Under the pieces are notes generated by a model. It was not told the origin of the DNA and made no database searches. It saw only the letters and a list, made by a program, of their open reading frames with translations. A DNA stretch of 24,019 bases, taken from assembly GCA_045047305.1 (NCBI GenBank), contig JASFYO010000040.1, positions 1 through 24,019 of the forward strand, read 5' to 3'. The DNA comes from Planctomycetota bacterium. Its GTDB lineage: Bacteria > Planctomycetota > UBA1135. Shown here piece after piece: positions 1 to 9,758 of the stretch (its first letter is position 1; each line of letters opens with the position of its first letter). Position numbers and translations under genes: made by a program.

Positions 1-1
1 T

Positions 2-1423
2 GTAGCGCAACTCTTCGGTCTATTTGCAGGGCTTCAGTCTAGTCGCGTCTTGCGCCATTGGCTCGAGGAAGTGCCGACCGAAGAGTTGCGCTACATTGCA
101 CCAGAGATTCTCGCAGGAGGTGATGGTAGCCCGGCGAGCGATATCTACGCCATGGCTGCGATGTTAGTGGACCTGTCTGTCGGTACCGATGGCAAGAGCA
201 GACGAGAAGCGGACAAAAAACTGGAAGAGCAAGCCCCGGAAAGGTGGCGAGCGATTCACGGGGCACTTTCGGAGAATGCCATCAACAGGCCAAGTTCGGC
301 CGCTCAGCTCCTAGCCTCGATGGAACTTCTATGGAGCGGCAATGTCGGTGAATCAGAAGCCCCACAAACAGCACCGGTGATCATCGCTGTCGGTACCGAA
401 TTCGGTGCGGAGGAATCCACGGAAACTACCTTGGACGATTACATCGGCGGACAAAAACTGCTGGATGATGATGATGAGTCCGACCCATATCCGGACAGTA
501 CTAGCGGGGTAGAATCGTCGGACGACTTTTTTGTGTCCGAAGTCGTTGCGCCTGCGCCTGTTCGCGAGAAAGTGAAACACGCGAGGGAACTCGATGTCGA
601 TGAGGGCGCAGAGGCATTCGAGCTTGGCTCTTATGACGGTGGCGAAGCCGATAACGACACCATCATCAACTTGGTTGCCAAGCCCGCAGTGGACAGCCAT
701 GTGCAACTGCAACCGCCACTGCAAGATCGGCCGGCGGCACAAGGTGAACTCTTCAGCTCATTTCAAGATCGCAAGAGCAGCTCAGGGTTCTTGCCACTCC
801 TGGTCGCTGCGTTGGTGGCTGGCGCTGCGGCATACCTGTTATCGCGCTCGCAAGGGGACTCGGAACCTTCGGCAAGCTCGTCACAAGAAAAGACTCCCGA
901 TGCTGGTGTCGCTACCGAAGACTCGACCGTGCTTGTGGCCGAGCCTCTGCCTATTTGCCCGACCTCGATGCTGCATCTTGCCGAAAAATCACTGTGTATC
1001 GACGCCTACGAGTCCCCTGGGCTTGGGCAACTGCCAACAGTCTCGATTTCGCTAGAAGACGCTAGGCGGGCGTGTGAGGCACGAGGTGTTCGTCTCTGCC
1101 TCGCTGTCGAGTGGGAGGGGGCGTGCAGACACAAGGGCAACCAGAGCTTTGGCTACGGCAACCGCTACCGTGCCGAGATCTGCAACTTACAGTCGGAGAA
1201 GCTGGGGCCTGCCGGCGGCAAAGGCGAGTGTCATACCGATATCGGTGTCTATGATTTGAACGGGAATGCTGCTGAATGGGTGCATGAGGGCGAGATTCGT
1301 GGAGGCTCCGCTCTCGATGGAAGCACAGGTCGGTGTTCGCTCTCCCGGGCCAAGCCCGAAGCTGCGCCGAGTTATTCTGACGTTGGCTTTCGCTGTTGTG
1401 CTGACGCTATTGCATCGCCCTAG
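2..1423 (+). CDS. Ser/Thr kinase-fold domain (C-lobe) + acidic linker + TM helix + FGE-sulfatase (SUMF1/formylglycine-generating enzyme-like) domain protein; 5'-partial
   Basis: Frame is open from base 2. Kinase subdomain VIII-XI-like motifs RYIAPE, SDIYAM and NRPSSA. TM stretch FLPLLVAALVAGAAAYLL. C-terminal CPTSM..CIDAYE..ARRACEARGVRLC..EWEGAC..GVYDLNGNAAEW..RGG..GFRCC is typical of FGE-sulfatase domains. Confidence 0.8.
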   Translation, partial: VAQLFGLFAGLQSSRVLRHWLEEVPTEELRYIAPEILAGGDGSPASDIYAMAAMLVDLSVGTDGKSRREADKKLEEQAPERWRAIHGALSENAINRPSSAAQLLASMELLWSGNVGESEAPQTAPVIIAVGTEFGAEESTETTLDDYIGGQKLLDDDDESDPYPDSTSGVESSDDFFVSEVVAPAPVREKVKHARELDVDEGAEAFELGSYDGGEADNDTIINLVAKPAVDSHVQLQPPLQDRPAAQGELFSSFQDRKSSSGFLPLLVAALVAGAAAYLLSRSQGDSEPSASSSQEKTPDAGVATEDSTVLVAEPLPICPTSMLHLAEKSLCIDAYESPGLGQLPTVSISLEDARRACEARGVRLCLAVEWEGACRHKGNQSFGYGNRYRAEICNLQSEKLGPAGGKGECHTDIGVYDLNGNAAEWVHEGEIRGGSALDGSTGRCSLSRAKPEAAPSYSDVGFRCCADAIASP

Positions 1424-1462
1424 AGTTCTGGCTAACAGTTGGGCCCGAAAGGGCATCCCACT

Positions 1463-2785
1463 ATGATCGATCGCTACTCTCGTCCCGAATTCGCACAACT
1501 TTGGTCCGACTCTTCCAGGTTTGAAATCTGGCTTCAAATTGAGTTGGCCGTCTGCAGCGCCATGGAGGATCGCGGCACGGTCCCCAAGGGAACAGCCGCT
1601 GCTGTGTCCGCGCTGTGCACTGGTAATCTGAGTGCAGACCGCATTCTCGAAATCGAGGCGAAAACTCGTCACGATGTTATCGCATTTCTAACGCACGTAG
1701 AAGAACTCGCAGGGGAGCCAGCTCGTTGGCTACACTTGGGTATGACTTCTAGCGATGTCTTGGATTCGTCGCTCGGCATGCAATGCAAAAACGCTCTAGG
1801 TGAAATTCTCAAGGGTGTAGATGTGTTGCTCGCATCACTGAAGAAGCGCGCCGAGGAAGAACGCAATACTCCGGTTATGGGGCGCTCTCACGGAATCCAC
1901 GCCGAGCCAATCACGGCCGGACTGGTGTTTGCCCGGTGGCATGCCGAACTCGCTCGTTGCCGCGGACGAATCTCGGCAGCACGGGAGCAAATTGCTGTTG
2001 GCAAAATTGCTGGAGCAGTTGGCACCTACGCTAATATAGATCCTGAAGTCGAAGAAGTCGCGCTGACTGCGATTGGTCTTAAACCCGAGACTGTGGCCTC
2101 ACAGGTCGTCGCTCGCGACAGGCACGCAGAACTTCTCAACGCCTTGGCCTTCTTAGGCGCGGCGATTGAGAACATGAGCGTCGGAGTCCGGCATTGGCAG
2201 CGCACTGAAGTGGGCGAAGCAGAAGAGGGCTTTGGCAAGGGGCAAAAAGGCTCGAGCGCGATGCCCCACAAGAAAAATCCCATCTTGTCCGAGAATCTCA
2301 CTGGGCTGGCTCGCATGTTGCGCGCGTATGCTGGAGCATCTTTCGAGAATATTGCTCTGTGGCATGAACGCGACATCTCTCACTCTTCGGTAGAGCGAAT
2401 TAGCATTCCCGATGCGACAATTTTGGCCGACTTTATGTTGGCTCGTTGCACAAGGCTTATCGACGGGCTGGTCGTACACCGAGGCCGCATGATGGAAAAC
2501 TTGGAGCGAACTGGCGGGCTGTGTTTCTCCGAAGCGGTTCTACTGTCTCTTGTCCGAAGTGGACTTCCTCGGCAAGAAGCCTACGTCATGGTTCAGCGAT
2601 GTGCGCTCGCAGCACACGCAGGCGAGGGCGGGTTCCGCGAGAATTTGGGCAAGGACAAAGACATCACCGAACACCTCGACGCTGGGCAACTCGACTCTTG
2701 CTTCGACTTGCAACACCACTTGCGGCATGTGGATACGATCTTTGCCAGAGCCTTTGGTACGGCTGTCCCGAAAGCAGAAGGATAG
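1463..2785 (+). CDS. purB: adenylosuccinate lyase
   Basis: Starts MIDRYSRPE. Contains [29 protein letters not shown], the fumarase/aspartase-family signature [11 protein letters not shown], and [13 protein letters not shown]. Confidence 0.96.
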   Translation: MIDRYSRPEFAQLWSDSSRFEIWLQIELAVCSAMEDRGTVPKGTAAAVSALCTGNLSADRILEIEAKTRHDVIAFLTHVEELAGEPARWLHLGMTSSDVLDSSLGMQCKNALGEILKGVDVLLASLKKRAEEERNTPVMGRSHGIHAEPITAGLVFARWHAELARCRGRISAAREQIAVGKIAGAVGTYANIDPEVEEVALTAIGLKPETVASQVVARDRHAELLNALAFLGAAIENMSVGVRHWQRTEVGEAEEGFGKGQKGSSAMPHKKNPILSENLTGLARMLRAYAGASFENIALWHERDISHSSVERISIPDATILADFMLARCTRLIDGLVVHRGRMMENLERTGGLCFSEAVLLSLVRSGLPRQEAYVMVQRCALAAHAGEGGFRENLGKDKDITEHLDAGQLDSCFDLQHHLRHVDTIFARAFGTAVPKAEG

Positions 2786-2787
2786 TC

Positions 2788-3717
2788 ATGGCGGTCGATT
2801 TGGAAACACTTCGCAAACAGCTTCCCAATACACTGGAGAGCACTAGCTTTCCCTCTCTTGGCGAGAAGTACGAAGGCAAAGTTCGGGACTGTTACGTCGG
2901 TGATGGGCGCCGGACAATCGTGGTCTCGGATAGAATTAGCGCCTTTGATGTGGTCTTGGGGACCTTGCCTTTCAAGGGGCAGGTGCTCAATCAAATCGCT
3001 CAATATTGGTTTGACGAATCCAAGGATGTCGCGCCCAATCACATGCTCGATGTGCCGGATGCAAACGTCATGGTCGGACAGGAATGTCGGCCGCTAAAAG
3101 CGGAGTTTGTCATGCGATCGTATTTAACGGGAGTGACTTCAACCTCGATTTGGCAGGCGTACAAGGGCGGGGCTAGGACCTTCTGTGGCCACGATTTGCC
3201 CGAGGGCATGAGCAAAAATCAGAAACTTCCACACCCGATATTGACGCCTTCGACCAAGGCTGAAAAGGGTGGGCACGACGTCTCGGTGTCTCGTGAAGAG
3301 CTTATCGAACTCGGACATATCTCGGCTGAGGATTTCGACAAAGCGGCAGCGATGGTGCACCGACTCTTCGAGTTTGGCGTGACCAGAGCGGCGGAGCGCG
3401 GGCTTATCTTGGTCGACACCAAGTACGAAATCGGGGTATCTCCAGATGGCGAGATGATGTTTATCGACGAGATTCACACGCCGGACTCCTCGCGCTATTG
3501 GTACGCTGCTGACTACGAGAAGCGGCTGGCGGAAGGGCTTGCGCCTCGAAGTCTAGACAAAGAGTATCTGCGTTTGTGGATGTCCGAGACCCATGGCTAC
3601 ACAGGCGAAGGTGATCCGCCGGCTCTGACAGATGAAGTTCGTGTCGAGGCAGCCAAACGCTGCAATGACCCAGCCCATGCCAAGACAACAGGAGTGGGTC
3701 GATGGCTTTCAGGGTAG
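2788..3717 (+). CDS. purC: phosphoribosylaminoimidazolesuccinocarboxamide (SAICAR) synthase; native C-terminus apparently lost after ~3660
   Basis: ATG 2 nt after the purB stop (MAVDLETL). Motifs [49 protein letters not shown] and SLDKEYLR. After EAAKR the sequence reads into the antisense strand of the symporter remnant. Confidence 0.92.
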   Translation: MAVDLETLRKQLPNTLESTSFPSLGEKYEGKVRDCYVGDGRRTIVVSDRISAFDVVLGTLPFKGQVLNQIAQYWFDESKDVAPNHMLDVPDANVMVGQECRPLKAEFVMRSYLTGVTSTSIWQAYKGGARTFCGHDLPEGMSKNQKLPHPILTPSTKAEKGGHDVSVSREELIELGHISAEDFDKAAAMVHRLFEFGVTRAAERGLILVDTKYEIGVSPDGEMMFIDEIHTPDSSRYWYAADYEKRLAEGLAPRSLDKEYLRLWMSETHGYTGEGDPPALTDEVRVEAAKRCNDPAHAKTTGVGRWLSG

Positions 3718-3826
3718 TCGCAATTTCTGAGAAACCACCTATAAAGCTGTAGGCCACCAATGGTAGCGCAACCAAGCCAATCACTAGCAGAATGACGGCG
3801 TAAATGCTGACCGCCAGCAATTTCAT
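3661..3826 (-). pseudogene. Na+/solute (PutP/SSS-like) symporter remnant, internally deleted and truncated
   Basis: MKLLAVSIYAVILLVIG resembles SSS TM1 and is joined directly to [34 protein letters not shown], which resembles a mid-protein helix plus loop of PutP-like transporters. It then runs into antisense purC. Confidence 0.5.
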
Positions 3827-3958
3827 GGCAAGTTCTAGATGGATGTCATGTCCTTATGTTTGAGACCACTGCGGTAACGACGTCCATCTCCGCAGGCTTC
3901 CCATCACAGGAAAAAGATAGGGGCTTTCCCTGTCCAGCACGCGCATTTCCTTTGAGAG

Positions 3959-5365
3959 TCAAAGCACAGAAGAGCGAAACACCACCATGCGCTCCAATGT
4001 CATATCCTTCATGGAGTGACCGATGCCGCCAATACCAAGGCCGGACTGCCGGTGCCCTCCAAACGGCATCCAGTCAACACGGAACGCAGAATGATCATTT
4101 ACCATGACTGCCATGCCGTGCAAGCGTCTGGAAGCTAAAAGCGCCGTGTTAAGGTCGCGAGTGAAAATTGATGCTTGGAAAAACAAATCCGGCCGGTTGG
4201 CGCGAGCGATTGCATCGTCTAGGTTTTCGAATGTATAAATCGCGACGACAGGACCAAAAATCTCTTTTTGAGAGACCTGAGCACTCTCAGGCGGGTTCCA
4301 TAAAACCGTCGGTGCGTAAGTGGTGGCAGAAATCTTCCGCCCCCCACACAACAAAGTTGCACCCGCTTGAACCGCTTCTTGAACCCAAGCATGCACGCGC
4401 TCCACTTCTTGAGGGCGAATCAGTGGCCCAACATCGGTGTCGCCATTGAGCTGGTCCCCGGTGATTAACTGCTCTGCGGCGGCCACAAAATCGTTGGCAA
4501 ATTCCGTTGCTACTTTTTCATGAACGTAGATTCTCTGTACCGAAACACAGACTTGCCCGGCGTGATAGAAGCCACCACGTACAAGCAATGGGATGCTGTC
4601 TTTGACATCAGCCGTTGCATCTATAATTACCGGGGCAGCGCCTCCATGTTCTAATGCACAAGTGGCGCCAGCGGCTAACTTCGAACGCAAATACCAACCG
4701 ACCTTGGAGGAACCAATGAAAGTAAGAAAGGACACGCGGCAATCGCAAATAATCTTGGTGGTCACCTCATCTGCGCAGGTGATTAACTCACACCAGCCCC
4801 TTGGTAGGCCTGCCTCATGCAGAAGATTGACCACACTGATTGCTGACAGTGGCGTATCGCGAGAGGGTTTGACCAGGACCGGGCAGCCCGCAGCTACTGC
4901 GGTAATCGCCTGATGGATGATGAGGTTGAATGGGTGATTAAATGCACTGACCGCCAGGACCACACCGCGCGGCTCACGAAAAGTGTGCGCGAATCTCTGC
5001 GTGGATGAATCAGTCAAGCCCATGGGGACTTCGGTGCCGTGTAACTTGCCGATTTCCTCGATGGCAACTTCCACCCCTTGGATTGCGCGGCGGATTTCCA
5101 CCAAGGAATCTTTGAGAGGTTTGCCTCCTTCGCGCGCAGCCTGAAGTGCCAAAGCCTCTGTTTGCTCCGTAACCAATCCCGCAAATCGTTTAAGAATTTC
5201 AATGCGGGCCTGAGCTCCAAGCCAACCATCGCGATTCCGATATAGTTGAACAGCGCATTCTAATGCATCGAAAGCTTGTGCTTCGGTTGTTTCCGCCACG
5301 GTTGCAAAGATGGATTCATCGAAGGGATTGGTGACGTCAAAGGTTTGTTGATTTGCGTTGGTCAT
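3959..5365 (-). CDS. NAD(P)-dependent aldehyde dehydrogenase (possible succinic semialdehyde dehydrogenase)
   Basis: AFNHPFNL, VKPS, FIGSSKVG, LEHGG (general-base Glu), AGQVCVS (catalytic Cys), EIFGPV, MPFGG. Likely start MTNANQQTFDVTNPF at 5365. Confidence 0.92.
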   Translation of the reverse strand: MTNANQQTFDVTNPFDESIFATVAETTEAQAFDALECAVQLYRNRDGWLGAQARIEILKRFAGLVTEQTEALALQAAREGGKPLKDSLVEIRRAIQGVEVAIEEIGKLHGTEVPMGLTDSSTQRFAHTFREPRGVVLAVSAFNHPFNLIIHQAITAVAAGCPVLVKPSRDTPLSAISVVNLLHEAGLPRGWCELITCADEVTTKIICDCRVSFLTFIGSSKVGWYLRSKLAAGATCALEHGGAAPVIIDATADVKDSIPLLVRGGFYHAGQVCVSVQRIYVHEKVATEFANDFVAAAEQLITGDQLNGDTDVGPLIRPQEVERVHAWVQEAVQAGATLLCGGRKISATTYAPTVLWNPPESAQVSQKEIFGPVVAIYTFENLDDAIARANRPDLFFQASIFTRDLNTALLASRRLHGMAVMVNDHSAFRVDWMPFGGHRQSGLGIGGIGHSMKDMTLERMVVFRSSVL

Positions 5366-5408
5366 TGCGTTGGTTATTGCGTTTTCTGAATTCGTGCCGA
5401 GAATGCGC

Positions 5409-7052
5409 TTACAAAATGCACGTTTTTTGCTGAAGTTGTTCGAGAAAGACTGCTTCGTTCTCAGAGTAATCCACCGGCGTTTCAATGAGATGAATTCCAC
5501 CTGCATCAAAAGCCTTGTTCAACTCTTCCACCAATTGTCCGGTGCGCTCAATCCGCACGCCATGAGCGCCGTAGCTTTCTGCATACTTCACAAAATCTGG
5601 GTTACCGAAGTCGAGTCCAAAGACTGGAAATTGGGAGCCAGCTTGTTTCCACTTAATCATGCCGAAGCCGTTGTCTCGCAACACAATCACAACCAAATCA
5701 AGCCCTAAGCGAACTGCCGTTTCCATCTCTTGGGAGTTCATCATGAAACCGCCGTCGCCGCAAATGGCAACCACCTTACGCGTAGGGTTGACTAGCTTTG
5801 CACCAATTGCAGCAGGTAGACCGGCACCCATCGTCGCAAGGGCATTATCCAATAGAACCGTGTTGGGCTGGTGCGCCTGATAGTTGCGTGCGAACCAAAT
5901 CTTATACATGCCGTTATCCAAAGACAGAATCCCATCGCTTGGCATCGCTGCACGCACATCCGCGACCAACCGTTGTGGCACGTTCGGGAAACGATCTTCT
6001 TGCGATTTATGCGCGAACACATTGCTCGCAATCTGAGTGCGCACACGCTCAAAGTAATCAAAATCCCAACTGGGTGAAGGTGTGATGGAATCGGTCAAGG
6101 TACGCATATTCGTTGCCGTGCAGCCAATCACTTCGTGTTGGGGGAAATACACGTCATCCATTTCGGCTTGGAATTGAGAAATGTGAATGACTTTATGGCC
6201 CCCTCGCCGCATCAAAAAAGGCGGCTTTTCGCTTACATCATGGCCGACGTTAATGATCAAGTCAGCCCGCTCAATCGCACAGTGAAGGTAATCTGTATCG
6301 GAAAGCGCCGCTGTGCCAAGGCATTGTGGGTGACGTTCATCAACTGCCCCCTTCCCCATTTGGGTTGAAAAAAAGTAAATGCCCGTCCGATCGATGAAAT
6401 CGCGTAACGCCGAACCACAATGGTTGCGATTACACGCCGAGGCAATCAACAGCAAAGGTTTCTCTGCTGCTTGAATCATATTTACAGCGTGGTGAATCGC
6501 GCGCTGGCTAGCTCCGGAAGGCGAAACCTTGGTCACCGTAAACGGCAAGCGATCTACTTCTTCGGCCGCAATATCTTCTGGCAACTCCAGATGAACGGGT
6601 CCCGGTTTTTCACTCACCGCAATACGAAAACACTCTCGGACAAGATGTGGGACATTATTGCCGTCAACAATCTGCGTCGAGAATTGAGTCACGGGCTCCA
6701 TGAGAGCCACGATGTCAACGATTTGAAATCGACCTTGTTTGCTGGCGCGAATAGGTTTTTGTCCAGTAAGGAACAGCACGGGCATTCCTCCAAGCAAAGC
6801 GTACGCCGCCGAAGTTACGAAATTGGTTGCGCCAGGTCCTAAGGTAGAAAGGCACACGCCAACTTTCCCGGTCAGTCGCCCAACAGTGGCGGCCATGAAT
6901 CCTGCCGCCTGTTCATGACGAGTTAAAATGAATTTGATCTTGGAGTTGCGCAACGACTCCAAAAAATCAAGGTTCTCTTCTCCGGGGATACCGAAAATAT
7001 ATTCCACGCCCTCGTTTTCCAGGCACTGGACCAGTAGGTCTGATGTTTTCAT
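5409..7052 (-). CDS. ThDP-dependent acetolactate synthase large subunit-like enzyme (possible 2-oxoglutarate decarboxylase)
   Basis: FGIPGEENL, TRHEQAAGFMA, STLGPGATN, PGPVHLELPED, and the ThDP motif GDGGFMMNSQE...RDNGFGMI; 547 aa. Confidence 0.9.
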   Translation of the reverse strand: MKTSDLLVQCLENEGVEYIFGIPGEENLDFLESLRNSKIKFILTRHEQAAGFMAATVGRLTGKVGVCLSTLGPGATNFVTSAAYALLGGMPVLFLTGQKPIRASKQGRFQIVDIVALMEPVTQFSTQIVDGNNVPHLVRECFRIAVSEKPGPVHLELPEDIAAEEVDRLPFTVTKVSPSGASQRAIHHAVNMIQAAEKPLLLIASACNRNHCGSALRDFIDRTGIYFFSTQMGKGAVDERHPQCLGTAALSDTDYLHCAIERADLIINVGHDVSEKPPFLMRRGGHKVIHISQFQAEMDDVYFPQHEVIGCTATNMRTLTDSITPSPSWDFDYFERVRTQIASNVFAHKSQEDRFPNVPQRLVADVRAAMPSDGILSLDNGMYKIWFARNYQAHQPNTVLLDNALATMGAGLPAAIGAKLVNPTRKVVAICGDGGFMMNSQEMETAVRLGLDLVVIVLRDNGFGMIKWKQAGSQFPVFGLDFGNPDFVKYAESYGAHGVRIERTGQLVEELNKAFDAGGIHLIETPVDYSENEAVFLEQLQQKTCIL

Positions 7053-7061
7053 AATTTCTCT

Positions 7062-7445
7062 CTAAAGAGTGCTACCTACAATCGGCAATTCTTTACGCCG
7101 CGTGTACAAGACATAACTGGAACACAACAGTACGCAAGCGAGCATGGCCACAAGCATTCCGCCATCGCCCTGCACATCAAAACCAATACGCGTGGTGTGG
7201 GCAAGGATTGCTCCACACATCATGGCGACTGCGAGTAAGGATCCCAGTGCTGCAAATGGAGAAAGCAGCAGTAGCGCGGCGGTCAATTCGATGACTGCGG
7301 CGAGATAGCGCCCCACGGGCTCCATTTTCAAGGTGTTAAACATTTCCACGCTTTCTGGCGCACTGACGAATTTGCTATAGGCCGCCAGCAACAGCAGAGA
7401 CGCCGCGATTAGCTGCGCTAAAAAAGTAATCTTGGAGTGCTTCAT
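7062..7445 (-). CDS. DoxX-family membrane protein
   Basis: 127 aa with about 4 hydrophobic helices. Motifs AAYSKF, GRYLAAVIELTAALLLL and MCGAILAH. ATGA overlap with the upstream gene's stop. Confidence 0.75.
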   Translation of the reverse strand: MKHSKITFLAQLIAASLLLLAAYSKFVSAPESVEMFNTLKMEPVGRYLAAVIELTAALLLLSPFAALGSLLAVAMMCGAILAHTTRIGFDVQGDGGMLVAMLACVLLCSSYVLYTRRKELPIVGSTL

Positions 7446-8938
7446 GTCAGTTGCTTGTTCAGACGAGGTTGCGCCGCTGAGCTAGCGCGGTAGATTTGTT
7501 CTTCACTCAAATCACAGGAAGATTTCTTACCGACTGCCGAAAGAAGCTCCTCGTAGTCGTGATGAATCGCGTCCACATAGTTCGCAACGCGCTGCGATTT
7601 GTCAGCGATATTCAGACCTTTTTGCAAATGAGCATCGTGGGTGGTGATTCCAACAGGGCACGTATTGCGGTTGCATTGCAACGCCTGAATACAGCCCAAC
7701 GAGAGCAAGAATCCGCGTGCGGAATAAACCACATCTGCGCCGAGAGTCATGGCTTTCATCTGCTTACCTGGGCTAATCAACCGTCCCGACGCAAACAGCA
7801 CGAGTCGATCACGGACTCCTGCCTCTACAAGAATATGTTGCACCATGGGCAAGGCTTCAAACAGTGGCATGCCAATATCATCCATGAAGCTCTTAGGCGC
7901 TGCACCTGTTCCACCTTCGCCGCCATCCACGGTGATAAAGTCGGGAAAAATATCCTGCCGTTTCATCTCCTCAACAAGTTCTAGGAATTCGTCGGGCCGA
8001 CCTAAACAGAATTTGATCCCGGTCGGAAGTTTGCTGACATTTTGCACGTGGCCGATAAAAGCGATGGTCGATTGAGGATCAACACATTCCGCATGGTGAG
8101 CAGGAGAAACAACATCTTCATCCATGCTAACGCCACGCAAGTCTGCGATTTCAGCGGTAATCTTCTCTTGCGGCAGTAGGCCACCCTTACCTGGTTTCGC
8201 TCCCTGTGACATCTTGATCTCAATCATCTTGACTGCATCCAACGCTGCTATCGCCGCCAGTTTTTCATCATCGAGATCATTCCCATTCTTACGCGCACCG
8301 AACTTCGCAGTGCCAAGTTGAAAAATCAAATCACATCCTTCCATTAGATGATACTTCGGGTAACCCCCTTCGCCCGTGTTCATCGGAATCCCAGCGAGCT
8401 TGGCTCCGCGCGCCAATGAGCGCACCGCGTTTTTCCCTAAGGCCCCATAACTCATGGCACTAATCATGATGGGGCGTTTGATGTGATATGCCGATGCCAA
8501 GCCGCGCGCCGCCCCAACTGCAACATCGAACGGCTCCAAATCGGTTTTATCTACGGGATAAAACGAGTGCCGTAATTTCATTTCGGTGCGATCATAATCC
8601 AACAAGGTTCCAAAGGCTGAAGATGAATCTAGCCCTTTAGCTTTTGCATAGATTTCGGCACGCTCCACGCGATTAAACGGCCGTTCCTCGGTATCCGAAG
8701 AAAAAAAGTACTGCCGCATTTCAGGCCCAACACTTTCTGCGATGTAACGGAATTGAGCCATGAAGCCAAAGTTCGCAAGCAAAGTATGGCTGCTTTGAAA
8801 ATGCCGCCAATACATATTGACAACCACCAGCAAAAAGAAGGCCACTGTCAAAAAGTGGAAGTAGAACGAAACAAATTGCCCGGTGAAGCCGAACATCACG
8901 AGAAGCACGACAATGCTGACATTTGCCATGCGCGACAT
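7442..8938 (-). CDS. FMN-binding glutamate synthase family protein (stand-alone GltB FMN domain) with N-terminal TM helices and Fe-S cysteine motif
   Basis: ISAMSYGALG, NTGEGG, IEIKMSQGAKPGKGGLLP, DFITVDGGEGGTGAAP, CIQALQCNRNTCPVGITT. Start is uncertain: ATG at 8938 chosen, ORF is open to TTG at 9007. Confidence 0.9.
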   Translation of the reverse strand: MSRMANVSIVVLLVMFGFTGQFVSFYFHFLTVAFFLLVVVNMYWRHFQSSHTLLANFGFMAQFRYIAESVGPEMRQYFFSSDTEERPFNRVERAEIYAKAKGLDSSSAFGTLLDYDRTEMKLRHSFYPVDKTDLEPFDVAVGAARGLASAYHIKRPIMISAMSYGALGKNAVRSLARGAKLAGIPMNTGEGGYPKYHLMEGCDLIFQLGTAKFGARKNGNDLDDEKLAAIAALDAVKMIEIKMSQGAKPGKGGLLPQEKITAEIADLRGVSMDEDVVSPAHHAECVDPQSTIAFIGHVQNVSKLPTGIKFCLGRPDEFLELVEEMKRQDIFPDFITVDGGEGGTGAAPKSFMDDIGMPLFEALPMVQHILVEAGVRDRLVLFASGRLISPGKQMKAMTLGADVVYSARGFLLSLGCIQALQCNRNTCPVGITTHDAHLQKGLNIADKSQRVANYVDAIHHDYEELLSAVGKKSSCDLSEEQIYRASSAAQPRLNKQLT

Positions 8939-9104
8939 TCTTCCAAGGTCGACGGCGAGAGTGGATTTCAAGAGATTGTAGTTCCGGGGGTTAGGGTGCT
9001 GGGCCAAGACCCTTAGGACACTGCGTCTTCGGTCTCAACCAATAGCTGTTACAGCATTGTTGAAGTTTCCAGTGACCATTCCACAAATGTTAGGGAAGAG
9101 AGCT

Positions 9105-9412
9105 GGGTCGATGCGTGTTGCCAAGAAGTTCAAGGGCACTATGGTGGCAGAACAGGGCATCGGGACACTCGACGGCCGCAACTTGGAATGCTTCCGGTTG
9201 AAAGCCCTCGGACGCGCCCCTGCTGGGACGACGGCGTAGAGTCCACGGGCCAGGAGCTTCAACTTGCCCCGGTCGAGGTGATAGCGCAGGCGCTCCCGCG
9301 TTCGGTCACGTTCCCCCGCCGTGTCCAGCTCCCGCACGGCCTGATTCAACGAGAAGACCGAGTGCAAAGAGAAGAACTCCTGGGCGGACACTTTGCGGCC
9401 AGTTCCGTTCAT
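9105..9412 (-). pseudogene. AbiEi-type (type IV TA antitoxin/wHTH regulator) pseudogene, frameshifted and 3'-truncated
   Basis: Frame 1 reads MNGTGRKVSAQEFF..VFSL..LRYHLDRGKLKLLARGLYAVVP. After a frameshift near 9205 it continues FQPEAFQVAAVECPDALFCHHSALELLGNAH (AbiEi-like 'HSALE.G'), then similarity stops. Confidence 0.7.
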
Positions 9413-9419
9413 GGGGAGA

Positions 9420-9458
9420 AATTTACGTGTTTGAGCGCTCGGCGGCAAGTGCGTGTTT
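9420..9458 (-). promoter_or_regulatory. putative sigma70 promoter of the AbiEi pseudogene with AAACACG direct repeats
   Basis: Minus strand reads TTGCCG-17 nt-TAAATT-7 nt-ATG. Two AAACACG(C/T)A copies flank or overlap the promoter. Confidence 0.45.
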
Positions 9459-9505
9459 CCAATCCAGGCTTACCGAATGGCTGAGGACAAAGGGCATCGC
9501 GCTCT

Positions 9506-9750
9506 TCATGATGCTGGCCTCGGCTGCAAGACCGGGTGCGCAGAAACGCTCGCCAGCGATTTCGCGCACCGAGTCATTGCCACGTACAAATTCTAGGTAT
9601 CGAGTTCATCAGCATCAAAAACGATGACATGGTCGCACTCCAGGCCCTTGACCAATAGAGTTGTCCCTAGTGCGTAGTGGGGCATAATGCGTCCGGCGAT
9701 GTCGGGTCGGTTCCGCATGCTCCATGCGGCTTCCTCAAGCTCTCCGCTTC
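9506..9750 (-). pseudogene. C-terminal remnant of a UvrD/SF1 helicase (GajB-like)
   Basis: GTTLLVKGLECDHVIVFDADELDT*NLYVAMTRCAKSL shows SF1 motifs V and VI in one frame, with an internal TAG at 9593-9595. The N-terminus is absent and the remnant abuts the hsdM stop. Confidence 0.7.
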
Positions 9751-9758
9751 TCCTGCCA

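Noticed and set aside
2446..2787. N-terminal extension of the 423-aa purC ORF
   Set aside because: Overlaps purB out of frame; PurC-like sequence starts at ATG 2788.
3830..3958. possible riboswitch or small gene remnant (MRVLDRESPYLFP...) upstream of the symporter remnant
   Set aside because: No recognisable aptamer consensus, and too short to assign to a family.
5366..5509. N-terminal extension of the ALDH ORF
   Set aside because: Overlaps the ThDP enzyme's 3' end; ALDH-like sequence begins at MTNANQ.
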